Of a stretch of DNA of 64,000 nt, positions 14,374-27,849 are shown piece after piece. The DNA lies in contig OX597815.1 in assembly GCA_951406725.2 (NCBI GenBank), positions 181,164,001-181,228,000 on the forward strand, in the 5' to 3' direction. The stretch is from Octopus vulgaris. Taxonomy: Eukaryota. The notes beneath the pieces were generated by a model. The model had not been told where the DNA came from and did no database searches. It worked only from the letters and a program-made list of their open reading frames with translations. The position numbers and the translations under genes are program-made. How positions within the stretch are numbered: the stretch's first letter is position 1; the number at the start of each line of letters is the position of its first letter.

Positions 14374-14379
<6 letters not shown>
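13303..14379 (-). CDS. PLE B RT C-terminus plus GIY-YIG endonuclease (5'-truncated, uninterrupted frame)
   Basis: IQFTMD..LPFLDILI..TDIYYKPTDSKQYLPFDSCHP; CGRPNCGIC linker; FTCASENLIYVITCAGCNRQYIGHTKNSLRNRMAVH; KELYFIKKFRPSLN; no internal stop. Confidence 0.9.
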
Positions 14380-14418
<39 letters not shown>

Positions 14419-14422
<4 letters not shown>

Positions 14423-14826
14423 ATTTTGGGATGGTCATTTTATTTATTATTTATTTTTCCTAAATAAAAATACGCCCTATATTTTTTTCTTCACTTGTTT
14501 ATTACTGTTATTTTATTATTTTAATGCTTGTTCATTGTCCGGAAATCTTTCGTCACACATTTGTGACCTCTTCAGTGACACTTTTCTTTTCCGTGTGTGC
14601 TCTTGCTCCACTTACTCCATTCTGATGAATCGAATAAGTGGGAAGAAGGACACACATGGAAACGAAAAGTGCCGCTGAAGAGGTCACAGGTTTCCGGACA
14701 ATGGACAAAGCGTTAAAATAATAAAAGAAAAGTAATAAACGGGTGAAAAAAAATATAGTGCGTGTGTTTAATTGGCAAAAAAAAAGTGATAATAATAAAT
14801 AAAATGACCATCCTGAAATACAACAA
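14419..14826. mobile_element. Fold-back element next to (TA)n with hammerhead-like motifs in the arms
   Basis: gtattttgggatggtcatttt ... aaaatgaccatcctgaaatac; imperfect inverted arms of ~190 bp; related copy at ~55300-55602. Confidence 0.75.
14536..14580 (-). ncRNA. Hammerhead-like motif (atypical stem III)
   Basis: Reverse complement reads TGTCA-CTGAAGA-G-GTCACA aatg TGTGAC-GAAAGATTTCC-GGACA; related degenerate copy at ~55456-55497. Confidence 0.5.
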
Positions 14827-14867
14827 TACTTGTTTCAACACGCAATTTCACATCAGGAATCATAAAC

Positions 14868-14953
<86 letters not shown>

Positions 14954-14955
14954 GC

Positions 14956-14987
<32 letters not shown>

Positions 14988-15514
14988 AACAATAACAATA
15001 ATAATAATATTAGGGAATATTATTCCAAACTTACAGGGAAAAATTCAATTTAGAAATACTAAATCAAATTTCACATATAATTTAATTTTTTCATTGGTGA
15101 ATTGATAAAATGTGTTTTTTTTTTTCTAATTTATATTATATATATATAGGCGCAGGAGTGGCTGTGTGGATAGGTGCAGGAGTGGCTGTGTGGTAAGTAG
15201 CTTGTTAACCAGCCACATGGTTCCGGGTTCAGTCCCACTGCGTGGCATCTTGGGCAAGTGTCTTCTTCTATAGCCCCGGGCCGACCAATGCCTTGTGAGT
15301 GGATTTGGTAGACGGAAACTGAAAGAAGCCTGTCGTATATATGTATATATATATGTATGTGTTTGTGTGTCGGCAAAAGAGACCGATAAAATAAGTACTG
15401 GGCTTACAAAGAATAAGTCCCGGGGTTGAATTGCTCGATTAAAGGTGGTGCCCCAGCATGGCCGCAGTCAAATGACTGAAACAAGTAAAAGAGTAAAAAG
15501 AGTAAAAGAGAATA

Positions 15515-15625
15515 TTACTGGGGAAGGCCGGTTTATGGGATTATCCTGGGTATCCTGTCCATAAAGAGTTTAGCTTTATGGACGGGAAATCCAGGGTAAT
15601 CGCATAAACCAGTCTTCCCCAGTAA
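15515..15625. repeat. ~110-bp hairpin element
   Basis: ttactggggaag..gtccataaag agtttag ctttatggac..cttccccagtaa. Confidence 0.8.
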
Positions 15626-15755
15626 ATATTATATACTGCTCTACATCTTAGAGCCTGATTCTCCTTTGGATTTATGTTTTCTACAAATGATATATGTGTG
15701 TGTATCTGTGTGTGTGTGTGCTTGTGTGTGTGTTTATATGTGTATATACGTGTGG

Positions 15756-15796
<41 letters not shown>

Positions 15797-15909
15797 TATA
15801 TACATATCGACATATACAGTTTAGATATAAAATAATAATGAAATGAACTTGTATGCAGTGCTACAAGCTCATTTTATTATCATTTTTATATTTAAATGTA
15901 CGAATATAA

Positions 15910-15988
<79 letters not shown>

Positions 15989-16185
15989 GGAAAAATATGT
16001 ACATACACACACACACACCAGAGTAAGCACATAAATGCGAAATAAGGTAGCAAAAATGGTACTCGAATACCAGAGGTAAATTAATATGCTTTATTAAAAA
16101 GCATATATATATATATATATATATATATATTACGGAGATGTCCTTGCATAGCAAGTGACCTGGTCTGAGATCGTGTGCTTGAACG

Positions 16186-16458
16186 AAAACAATTGCAGCG
16201 TGGAAGGTGTTTATAAGCCATTTAAGAAACACAAAAACCGTTAGATTCCCTTCAACATATAAATTTAATTTGTCAAAATATTTTTGTCGCTTTGAGACCG
16301 CGACCTATTCACTGGTCGCAGTCTCAAAGCGACCTGTTTACTGGTCGCGGTCTCAAAGCGACGAAATATTTTGACAAATTAAATTTTTATGTTGAAGTGA
16401 ATCTAACGGTTTTTGTGTGTTTCTTAAATGGCTTATAAACACCTTCCACGCTGCAATT

Positions 16459-16462
<4 letters not shown>
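16186..16462. repeat. Long inverted repeat between (TA)n tracts
   Basis: aaacaattgcagcgtggaaggtgtttataagcc ... ggcttataaacaccttccacgctgcaattgttt; arms ~120 bp; centre has a duplicated ggtcgc(a/g)gtctcaaagcgac. Confidence 0.85.
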
Positions 16463-16532
<70 letters not shown>

Positions 16533-16814
16533 TGTGTGTGTATGTGTATGTGTGTATTTATATACTTTTATTCTTGTATTCTTTTACTTGTTTCAGTCAG
16601 TGTGGCTGTGGCCATGCTGGAGCACCGTTTTTAGTAGAAGAAATCGATCCCTGGACTTATTCATTGTAAGCCTGGTACTTATTCTATTGGTTCCTCTTAC
16701 CGAACCGCTAAGTTACAGGCACGTAAAGACACTAAGATCGGTTGTTAAACGATGGTGAAAGGACAAACACAGGCACAAACACACAAATATATTCATATTC
16801 TTTCAAGGACCAAA

Positions 16815-17830
16815 TGTGCTTGGCTATTGTTGTGGCGTTACGTCTCTTGGGGATGTTGAAGGAGGACTTGTGGTTGTTAAAGCGGTTTATGAAGAAGCCT
16901 TATCTTTTCCCTCCCCCCCCCATACTTCTGCCCCTTCAGCCCCCGCTTTAACAACCCTAAGACCTCCTTCAAACTCCCAGAGGGACGTAACGCCACAACC
17001 CTAGCCACGCACGTTTGGTCTTTGGAAGAAAGCGCCACAGAGTAGAACTTAAAGTGGAAGATCCTGGAGAAATGTAAACTGCATTTTAATAGCAGTAACA
17101 AGTTCAGGTTATGCCTGGCTGAGGAGAGAGCAATTTTAAAGAGTACCCAACACCCAGATGTTTACCTGAATAGCAAGAATGAGGTGTTTAATCATTGCCC
17201 ACATGAAGGGAAACACATCCTATCGTACCTGCGGATCCCAACATGACTGCAACCATAGGCCTTTGGCCTCGACCTTCCACCAATGTCCTCAGGCCTGGCA
17301 AATAGTTTAACCAAAGCACATACCAATGCACCCATGCACACACACGCACACCCCTACAAGGCAGACACCCCGCAGAATAGACCCCACCACCCCAACATAT
17401 ATCCCTTCACACACAATGTACCCCCACACACACATTATACACTGCACGCTAACATAAATCCCGCCCCCAACGACCTTATCCTTTACAGAAAGAAAACAGA
17501 CCAACGAACATAGCTATAGATACCTACATACCCAGAAAAGTTTATGTATATGGTACCACTACACATATCCCGTACCCCATCCCCATAGGAACACCACATT
17601 TAATAATGCATACTTTCCTCACAAACACTTAAAGATAACTTTTACCGGTCTCACAGCACACCCAACCATAGGACATAATTCTTAAGCTAATTCTATGGCC
17701 CTTTTTCGTTTCATATCTTTTTCCACAGCAGCAGCTGACTGGTTGTGCTAATCCACCTCGAACAATAGACAGCAGGCACCATATTCCCTTCCATATCGGC
17801 TAACTCTGATGAGCGTAAGGTTATATAATC
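16815..17830 (+). mobile_element. Penelope-like element C, endonuclease C-terminal fragment plus 3' UTR (possibly Naiad-type), with inverted 5' piece
   Basis: ~16944-17226 translates RFNNPKTSF..RNATTLATHVWSL..E*NLKWKILEKCK..RLCLAEERAIL..LNSKNEVFNHCPHEGKHIL; ~16818-16900 on the minus strand reads RFNNHKSSFNIPKRRNATTIAKH. Confidence 0.8.
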
Positions 17831-17996
17831 GGATTTTTACCTAACACCAGAATCGATAAACAAGACGTTTCGTTCAAAGTTCGTTACAGAAAAGATTTTC
17901 ACTTTTGTCATTGTGGACATTTTACACATTACACACGCGCGCGCGCGTATAAAGCCATAATGGAAAATAACAATGTGAGTGTAGACACACACACAA

Positions 17997-18029
<33 letters not shown>

Positions 18030-18969
18030 CACACGCCTACACACACATACACACCATAAAAAATACAAAGCAAACGGCATCGTTGACATTTTCATCAATT
18101 TATTACTCGTTCTTTTCGTGCGTTTCGCTAATACAATTAAATAACTGCTGCATAAATTAAGCATCGGCTGCAGCTTGATAATAATGCCATGAATAACAAG
18201 TGCCACTCCGTCGCCTGCGACGGTGAGTGTTCCAGGTGATCGGATCAACGGGGCATCCTGCTCGTGAAATTAACGTGCAGGTGGCTGAGCACTCCGCTGT
18301 CACGCACAACTCAGAAAGAAGCGACAAGGCTGGCCCTTTGAATTATAGGCACAACCTTTTGTTTCTAGCTGAATTGAAGAGAGCGATGAGGAATAAAGTG
18401 TCTTGCTGAAGGGTATCGAACTCACGACATCATGACCGTTATCCAAAGAGCCTGACTACTAAGCCATGCGCTTTCGATCATGAACAATATTAATCCAAAT
18501 AAAGTCATACGTTGATTTCTCTCATGCAGCGATCATGAGTAAATTATGGAATGGCTACAAAGATATGGACTTATTTTCCTTATGAATAAAAGGAATTTTA
18601 AAAGGCAGTGCTGGCAGAAACGTTAGCACGCCGGGCGAAATACTTAGCAGTATTTCGTCTACCGTTACGTTCTGAGTTCAAATTCCGCCGAGGTCGATTA
18701 AATAAGTACCAGTTGCGTACTGGATTAGATCTAATCGACTGACCCCCTCCCCTGAAATTTCGAGCCTTGTGCCTAGAGCAGAAAAGAATTAAAAAAGAAT
18801 TTGATTTACAAAGAAAATCATCCACGCAATCGTCAACTATTCCTTGGAATACAACGAATTTCTTTGAAATTGGGAATATTATTACTAATACAGTTCTATA
18901 TCTAAATGATGAGGAATTATTTACATTATTTACATTCGATGAACATTTGTCCTCATCTTGTTTGTTGTT

Positions 18970-19015
18970 AACAGAAAATTTCGGCTGATATACCCTCCAG
19001 CCTTCATCAGGTGTC
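18970..19015 (-). ncRNA. Hammerhead motif, damaged stem III
   Basis: Reverse complement reads GACAC-CTGATGA-A-GGCTG..CAGCC-GAAATTTT-CTGTT. Confidence 0.6.
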
Positions 19016-19074
19016 TTGGGGAAATTTCGAACCTGGATTCTCAGTCGATGTTGTTGTTATTACCATCATCATCA

Positions 19075-19130
<56 letters not shown>

Positions 19131-19202
19131 CTTACTGCCTGGAATCGAATAACATCGAAAAATACCTTAGGAATGAGAACCCAGGTTCGAAATTTCCCCC
19201 AA

Positions 19203-19248
19203 GAAACCTGATGAAGGCTGGAGAGTATATCAGCTGAAACGTTGTGTT
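19203..19248 (+). ncRNA. Hammerhead motif, same family as 54872
   Basis: CTGATGA-A-GGCTG..CAGCT-GAAAC-GTT^GTGTT; one stem-I mismatch. Confidence 0.68.
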
Positions 19249-19685
19249 AACAACAAAGATGAGGACAAATATTCGTCAAATGTAAATAATATAAATAATG
19301 TAAATAATGTATTATTAGTAATAATTAGAATTTCGCCGGCACAAGAATTAGTGTTCGTTCCAATATGATTGAATATATCACCAGTTGGTCAGTCCTACCA
19401 CTTTTATCACACTTCGGTTTCCTGCTCTCATCCATGACTCTCATGTGCAATTCTTCATCAGCTGTGAGGTAAAAAAGTTTTCTTTCCAACCACATGGTTC
19501 CGTGTTTGGTCCCATTGCGTGGTACTTTGTGCATGTGTCTTCTACAATAGCCTAGCGCTGATCAAAGCCTTGTGAGTGGATTTGATGAAAACTTAAAGCT
19601 CGAAGTATAGGAGTGGCTGTGTGGTAAGTAGCTTGCTAACCAACCACATGGTTCCGGGTTCAGTCCCACTGCGTGGCATCTTGGG

Positions 19686-20703
19686 CAAGTGTCTTCTGCT
19701 ATAGCCTCGGGCTGATCAAAGCCTTGTGAGTGGATTTGGCAGATGGAAACTGAAAGAAGCCCGTCGTATATATGTATATATGTATGTATGTGTATGTGTT
19801 TTTGTGTCTGTGTCTGTCCCCCAGCATTGCTTGACAACCGATGCTGGTGTATTTACGTCCCCGTCACCTAGCGGTTCGGCAAAGAGACCGATAGAATAAG
19901 TACTGGGCTTACAAAGAATAAGTCACGGGGTCGATTTGCTCGACTAAAGGCGGTGCTCCAGCATGGCCGCAGTCAAATGACTGAAACAAGTAAAAAAAGA
20001 GTAAAAGATATATATATATATATGTGTGTTTGTGTGTGTGAGTGTGTATGTGTGTGTGTGTATGTGTGTGTGTGTGTGTGTATTTTTGTCCATTTGCTCC
20101 CCTCCCACCGATGAACAACCAGTGTTGGTGTGTTTATGTCCTCGTAGATTAGCGTTTCGGCCCAGGATATGGACTTACCTTCAGTGTTGGTGTGTTTAAC
20201 CTGTGACAAGTGTCTTCTGCTATAGCCTCGGGCTGATCAAAGCCTTGTGAGTGGATTTGGCAGATGGAAACTGAAAGAAGCCCGTCGTATATATGTATAT
20301 ATGTATGTATGTGTATGTGTTTTTGTGTCTGTGTTTGTCCCCCAGCATTGCTTGACAACCGATGCTGGTGTATTTACGTCCCCGTCACCTAGCGGTTCGG
20401 CAAAAGAGACCGATAGAATAAGTACTGGGCTTACAAAGAATAAGTCACGGGGTCGATTTGCTCGACTAAAGGCGGTGCTCCAGCATGGCCGCAGTCAAAT
20501 GACTGAAACAAGTAAAAAAGAGTAAAAGATATATATATATATATGTGTGTTTGTGTGTGTGAGTGTGTATGTGTGTGTGTATGTGTGTGTGTGTGTGTGT
20601 GTATTTTTGTCCATTTGCTCCCCTCCCACCGATGAACAACCAGTGTTGGTGTGTTTATGTCCTCGTAGATTAGCGTTTCGGCCCAGGATATGGACTTACC
20701 TTC
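19686..20703. repeat. Tandem segmental duplication, 2 x ~497 bp
   Basis: 19686-20182 and 20207-20703 are near identical, with a 24-bp filler between them. Confidence 0.92.
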
Positions 20704-22109
20704 TTTATGAATAGGAACTGGTGTGGCTGTGTATTAAGATATTTATTTCCCAACCATAAGGTTCCCAGTTCAGTCCCACTGCTTGCTACCTTCGGCAAGT
20801 GACATGTACTATAGCCACGGGCCAACCAAAGCCTTGTGAGTGGCTTTAGTGGACAGAAACTGGAAGAAACCCATCGTGTGTGTGTGTGTGAAGACAACAC
20901 ACTGCACCAAGCCAAAAGATGATTTGATGGTTCGATCTCCACGATAGATTTCTGCGAACTTCATTTCAAACCCATTACATAACACGAAAACATTGTGACT
21001 TCAAAGATTTCTGGAATCTCACAATTAAACAGCCCTTCGGATATTGTTCAGTGGAGTTTGAAGTAAAGAACCCTTTGACATCGTTTGTGCACACCGCTAT
21101 TTCACTATTCAATATGAATTTTGACGTTTGATCCGTCAAATTGTCCGACTGATAGTGAACATAGACAAAATAGGAGATTCAAAACGTTTAATGAAAAAAA
21201 TTTCGTTACTACAAACAACGAACACCGAGATAGTTTGAAACTTATTGCAGCCGCTGTCCTGATGTTAGCTGATCAGTGAGTGTTTGCTGTCGTCGTCTGT
21301 CCATTGTTTTATCTTTTGTTTCTGTTTTCTGTTTTGTTTTGTGACAGCGCTCTGGCTAGCTGATGGCTCTGCTTACTCTCTGATGACTATCGTCTTTTGT
21401 GTCTGGTTTGATGTCGGCTGTTCGCTAACTATCGCTAACCAAAATGCAGTGAATATGTAGTGGTGGTCTTGTTCAGAAAAAAGCGCCACAGATAAAATTG
21501 TTAGATCCGGTTCCACACAAAGTCTTAAATGGTCAGATATTTTTCTTTTATTACGTTGGTAATATCCTAGCGAATCGCAATCGTATAGTTGGTTATAGTT
21601 ATCCGGGTTTGAGTGCCAAATAACACTGCTACTGTGGCTCTTCATCTTACATAGTTTTCTTTGTGGGATAAAACCGTCGCTATCCAAGCTATTTTATCTT
21701 CTTATGGGTCACATAACATTCGACGCACCTTTCACGAGTTTTTCTTCCTCGGTTAACGCTGGGCTTTGTACATTTGTCATTTGACAGGTTAGGCACCAAC
21801 ATATAATTTTGGGGGTTTTGCCTGTAATCTTTTACTTGTTTCAGTCATTAGACTGTGGTCATGCTGGGGCATATATATCAGTCGAACGAATCGGCTCCAG
21901 TACTTGCTTTTTTTTTCAACCTGGTACTTATTATAACGGTTCCTTTTTGCCGAGTCACTAAGTTACAGGGACGTAAACACATCAACGCCAGCTGTCAAAC
22001 AGTGCTGGGGGACAAACACACACACACAAATAAATAAATAAAATTATTATCTCTCTCTCTATATATATATATTGACGCTGATGTCTTTTCAGCTACCATA
22101 AAAATCCTT

Positions 22110-22490
<381 letters not shown>

Positions 22491-22631
22491 TGTTTTTATA
22501 TATAATGAACGTGAAATACGGAAGGACGAACACGGAATATAGACAAATATATCAATATCAGACACCGAATCATATAGCAATTTCGGCTGTTCATATATAT
22601 ACATATACATTAGATTTCTTGGTAGAAGACA

Positions 22632-22667
<36 letters not shown>

Positions 22668-23361
22668 GAGAATGTTTTTATATATAATGAACGTGAAATA
22701 CAGGAAGGGACGAACACGGAACACAGACAAATCAGTTTTGAAGAAGAAGCCTTCAATCTTCAGTCAGACACCGAATCATCATACCAAATTTCGGCTGTTC
22801 AATTCTGATATTTGCTCCAACTCGGCCAGCCCCAAGAAAAAAAACTAAGCTGTAAGCATTAGATTTCTTGGTAGAAGACAGGAATGTGAACGCACAAGAC
22901 GGATGTGAATACAAGAGACGAAAACGAAATTGAAAACAGTAATGAATAAACAAAATATATATAACGGTGGTTGTCATACGACTTTAGACCAAATGAGACA
23001 AAAACACAACAACAACATAGCTGGCGTAGAAATAATTACCGTTTCGGTAGCGGGGACACATGTTGGTCGAGATACGAAGGCCAACAGAATGGTTTAAGAA
23101 GCAGCAGGTCGCAGGAGAGAGAGAAAGAGAGACAGAGAGAGAGGGAATCAAAGAGGGTGGAAGGCAGGGGACAGAATCAGTGACCAAGAGAAAAGGAGAA
23201 AGAAGGGATTAAGGAGGATGGGAGGAAGAGGGGAGGAGGATGGGAGGAAGAGAGGGGAAGAATCGGAGGGCGCCAAAAAGTTTGGTGAAGAAGCAATGGC
23301 GGGTAGTAAAAGACAGTGTGTATAGAAGTCGTGCAGGGTTTAAAATTGGACAAACAAACGG

Positions 23362-23397
<36 letters not shown>

Positions 23398-23402
<5 letters not shown>

Positions 23403-24141
23403 AAAAAATGAAGTTCGAAAATGCTGCTGTATTATACAATTTTTAATTTTTATATATACATTATAACATGTTTCAGTTCCTGAAATGAACCTTATCAAAA
23501 AAAGTTATATATAAAAAAAGACAGCTCATGCCGTCAAACACAAGAAATTCATTTATAATACACAACGGAGTCAGACATCTTAGAGTTCATGTATAGTTGA
23601 TATATAGTTCATGTATAGTTAATATATAGTTTGAAGTATATGTTCAAAGTGTTCGATGCAATGGCCCACGGTGGCGATACGTATTCAATACAAAAAACAG
23701 ATCAAAGTGGTGGAAAGCGGTCAATACAGAAGATTGATGTTTCCGAAAGAGCGAGAAATTCATTTTTGCCTTAAGCAATTGTGATGACGCATGGTGGATG
23801 TTCGCTGGGTGGTTCTAGTGAGTTTTTGTGAAGTGCTCGGTTTTATAATGCCTGTTAGGTGGTCAATCCAGCGTAGCGTGACGTCATCAACGTTTTGACC
23901 AATCGTTTCGTTAGGTGGCTTTAGTCAAGTAGAACGGGACGTCATCATTATTTTGACCAATCGCTGCATTATAACTGCCTCTTGTTTGTTTCCTGTTTTG
24001 ACCAGTCGCTTCGTTATTCAAGTAGAACGGGACGTCATCATTATTTTGACCAATCGCTGCATTATAACTGCCTCTTGTTTGTTTCCTGTTTTGACCAGTC
24101 GCTTCGTTAGTCAAGCAGAACGGGACGTCATCCAGATTCTG
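23398..24141 (-). mobile_element. Solo 3' end (pLTR-like) of PLE B inserted in (TA)n
   Basis: Near-identical to 12398-13046, with one extra 93-bp tandem unit; TA tracts on both sides. Confidence 0.9.
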
Positions 24142-24186
24142 GATATATATATATATATATATATAGATAGATAGATAGATAGGTAG

Positions 24187-24219
<33 letters not shown>

Positions 24220-24718
24220 TTATTTTTTTAATTATTTTTATTCCTATTTTTATTCCTATTTTTATTTTTTTGCTTTTATTTTTATTTTTATTTTTATTTC
24301 TATTTCTATTTTTACTTTATAACTTGATACCTTTATATTCATTTATATTTTTTTATATTCTTTATACCCCCTTATATCTCCTTATATCTCTTTATATCTT
24401 TATACTCTACACTTTTACATTTTTCTATACTTACACTTTTTATATATTTTTTTATCCTTCGTCCTGAATTCTCGCCCCTCCATCTTTACCCCTATTTACT
24501 CTTATCACCAGGTCCCTTCACGTCTATATATGTATTTATTTGTTAATTTATTTACATTACTTCAACATCTAAATTCCCTCATTCTACATTGAGAGAAGAA
24601 CGAGATGGACGCTTCAATTCTATGCTGCTGCCGCATTATGTCGTACGCGAATGAGAGGATTTGCATCCCCAACCAAGAATTTTTGATGTAACACATGTCC
24701 TTGTGGAAGTTGTTGTGC

Positions 24719-24796
24719 GCGGCTGAAGAAGGCCACAGACATACATTATGCATTGTTATAAATCTGTCTAATAAAGGCCCGAAACATATGTACCGC
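24719..24796 (+). ncRNA. Type-I hammerhead-like motif with long stem-II insert
   Basis: GCGG-CTGAAGA-A-GGCC..GGCC-C-GAAAC-ATAT-GTA^CCGC; palindromic stem III ACATATGT. Confidence 0.75.
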
Positions 24797-24829
24797 TGAA
24801 TCCTTGGCATCATGTTTTTATTTTGATCA

Positions 24830-24918
<89 letters not shown>

Positions 24919-24930
24919 TAGAGAGTCATT

Positions 24931-24967
<37 letters not shown>

Positions 24968-24989
24968 TGTATGTATGTATGTATGTATG

Positions 24990-25825
24990 TATAGGGGAAA
25001 ATTAATTAATGTTGAAAAGACATTAGCGCCTATTTCGTGGCGAGGCACTTAGCTGACCCCTGATTATAATTATGTATATAATTATAGAATATTTTGTATA
25101 ATTCATCTAAAAAGGTATTGTTAAAAGGCGACGAGCTCGCAGAATCGTTAGCACGTCGGGCGAAATGCGTAGCCTTATTTCAGCTGCCGTTACGTTGTGA
25201 GTTCAAATTCCGCCGAGGTCGACTTTGCCTTTCATCCTTTCGGGATCGATAAATTAAGTACCAGTTAAGCACTGGGGTCGATATAATCGACTTAATACCT
25301 ATGTCTGTCCATGTTTGTCCCCTCTATGTTTAGCCCCTTGTGGGTAATAAAGAAATAGGTATTGTTAAAGTACTAATTACTTGGTAAAATTATTAATTAT
25401 TAATTAATTAATTAATTTTAACCCCATATTATTAAAATTATAATTTACTCCATGATTGAATCGGCAGTTTTTTTTTCTGCGGGATTGTTCGTAACACACA
25501 GGTGGGCATAAAAGATAAATACATATCACATTCGGCAGTATACGATGACGCTTGATCGCGTACATATTTAATCCTAACACTCGCAAACTTATAACTCGGA
25601 GTACGACACTGAGGAGAATAATTAGTAAATATAATTTACTTTAAATTCGAAACGCGTCTGTGGTTAACCGAAAGTCGTGTGGAGTCATAATTTTTCTTTT
25701 TTCCTACATAAAAAGTGTGTTATTGTCTCGGAGATTTTTATCGTAATTGAAAAGACATTAGCGTCTATTTCTAATTCAGGCACTTAGCTGACTCCTGATT
25801 ATAATTATGTATATAATTAAATAAT
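24990..25825 (+). mobile_element. Hammerhead-bearing element with ~75-bp direct terminal repeats, interrupted by a SINE
   Basis: ttgaaaagacattagcg..ctgattataattatgtatataatta at ~25012-25084 and ~25748-25819; diverged reverse copy at ~46270-46700. Confidence 0.7.
25606..25661 (+). ncRNA. Minimal type-I hammerhead ribozyme, canonical core
   Basis: ACA-CTGAGGA-GAAT..AGTAAAT ata ATTTACT..ATTC-GAAAC-GC-GTC^TGT; predicted cleavage after C25658; stem I only 3 bp. Confidence 0.78.
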
Positions 25826-26221
25826 ATTAAGGCGTAGGAGTAGCTGTGTGGTAAGTGCTACGAACCACGTGGTTCCGGGTTCAGTCCCACTGCGTGGTAC
25901 CTTGGGCAAGTTTCTTCTACTATAGCTTCGGCAGACCAAAGCCTTGTGAGTGGATTTGGTAGACGGAAACTGAAAGAAGTCCGTCGTATATATGTGTATA
26001 TGTATGTGTTTGTCTGTGTTTGTCCCCCAACATCGCTTGACAACCGATGCTGGTGTATTTACGTCCCCGTATCCTAACGGTTCGACAAAAAGACACCGAT
26101 AGAATAAGTACTTGGCTTACAAAGAATAAGTCCTGGGGTCGATTTGCTCGACTAAAGGCGGTGCTCCAGCATGGCCACAGTCAAATGACTGAACAAGTAA
26201 AAAAGTAATATTATATATATA

Positions 26222-26559
26222 AGGGGTAAAGACCCCCTTCGGTCATGAATGACCATGGGATTGCACCTAGAAAGTTACCCTCCTAGACACAAGTCTGGGC
26301 AAGGTTGTTTATGGAAGACCAGCAGTTGCCCATGCATACCAGCCTCCCCTCTCCACGCCACCAGTGTTATCCAAGGGAAAGACAAAGGTTGATACAGCTT
26401 GGCACCAGTGACGTCGCAACTCATTTCTACAGCTGAGTGAACTGGAGCAACGTGAAATAAAGTGCCTTGCTCAAGAACACAACACGCAGCCCGGTCCGGG
26501 ATTCGAGCTCACAACCTCACGACGCTCGACGCTCTAACCACTGAGCCATGCGCCTTCAC
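26222..26559 (-). mobile_element. tRNA-derived SINE family D
   Basis: Head ggcgcatggctcagtggttagagcg..gctcgaatccc, then ttcttgagcaaggcactt; degenerate relative at ~32590-32780. Confidence 0.82.
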
Positions 26560-26564
26560 AATAT

Positions 26565-27664
<1,100 letters not shown>

Positions 27665-27849
27665 TATATATATATAGAGAGAGAAAGAGGGAGAGAGAGA
27701 GGGAGAGTATTAGTCTTCTGCGGCATTTTCGGTCTCACGTGTTTTATATATAGGTGAGAAAGTTGGTGTGTGAAAGCACGTGGCTGGATGTATAAAAAAT
27801 AGAAAAGAGTGAAAAAACTACAGAAGGCTTGTTTTATAAGGTTAAAGAA

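Larger units (their letters stand above)
12398..14379 (-). mobile_element. Penelope-like retroelement B (probably Neptune-type), 5'-truncated, with ~900-bp 3' UTR/pLTR
   Basis: Flanked on both sides by (TA)n; contains ORF 13303..14355; its 3' UTR is repeated at 23398-24141. Confidence 0.93.
18860..19315. mobile_element. Inverted pair of hammerhead-bearing short elements around an (ATT)n tract
   Basis: ~18885-19043 (-) and ~19150-19310 (+) are the same family; further copies at ~54825-54975 and ~58120-58300. Confidence 0.8.

Noticed and set aside
17040-17050. In-frame stop in PLE C as a selenocysteine codon
   Set aside because: The stop is TAG, not TGA; ordinary decay
17806-17860. CTGATGAG at the end of PLE C as a hammerhead
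   Set aside because: No matching stem II or GAAA downstream; at best a truncated half
24130-24144. Micro-palindrome ATCCAGA-T-TCTGGAT at the solo-pLTR truncation point
   Set aside because: Only one base is not explained by the element or the TA tract; may be chance
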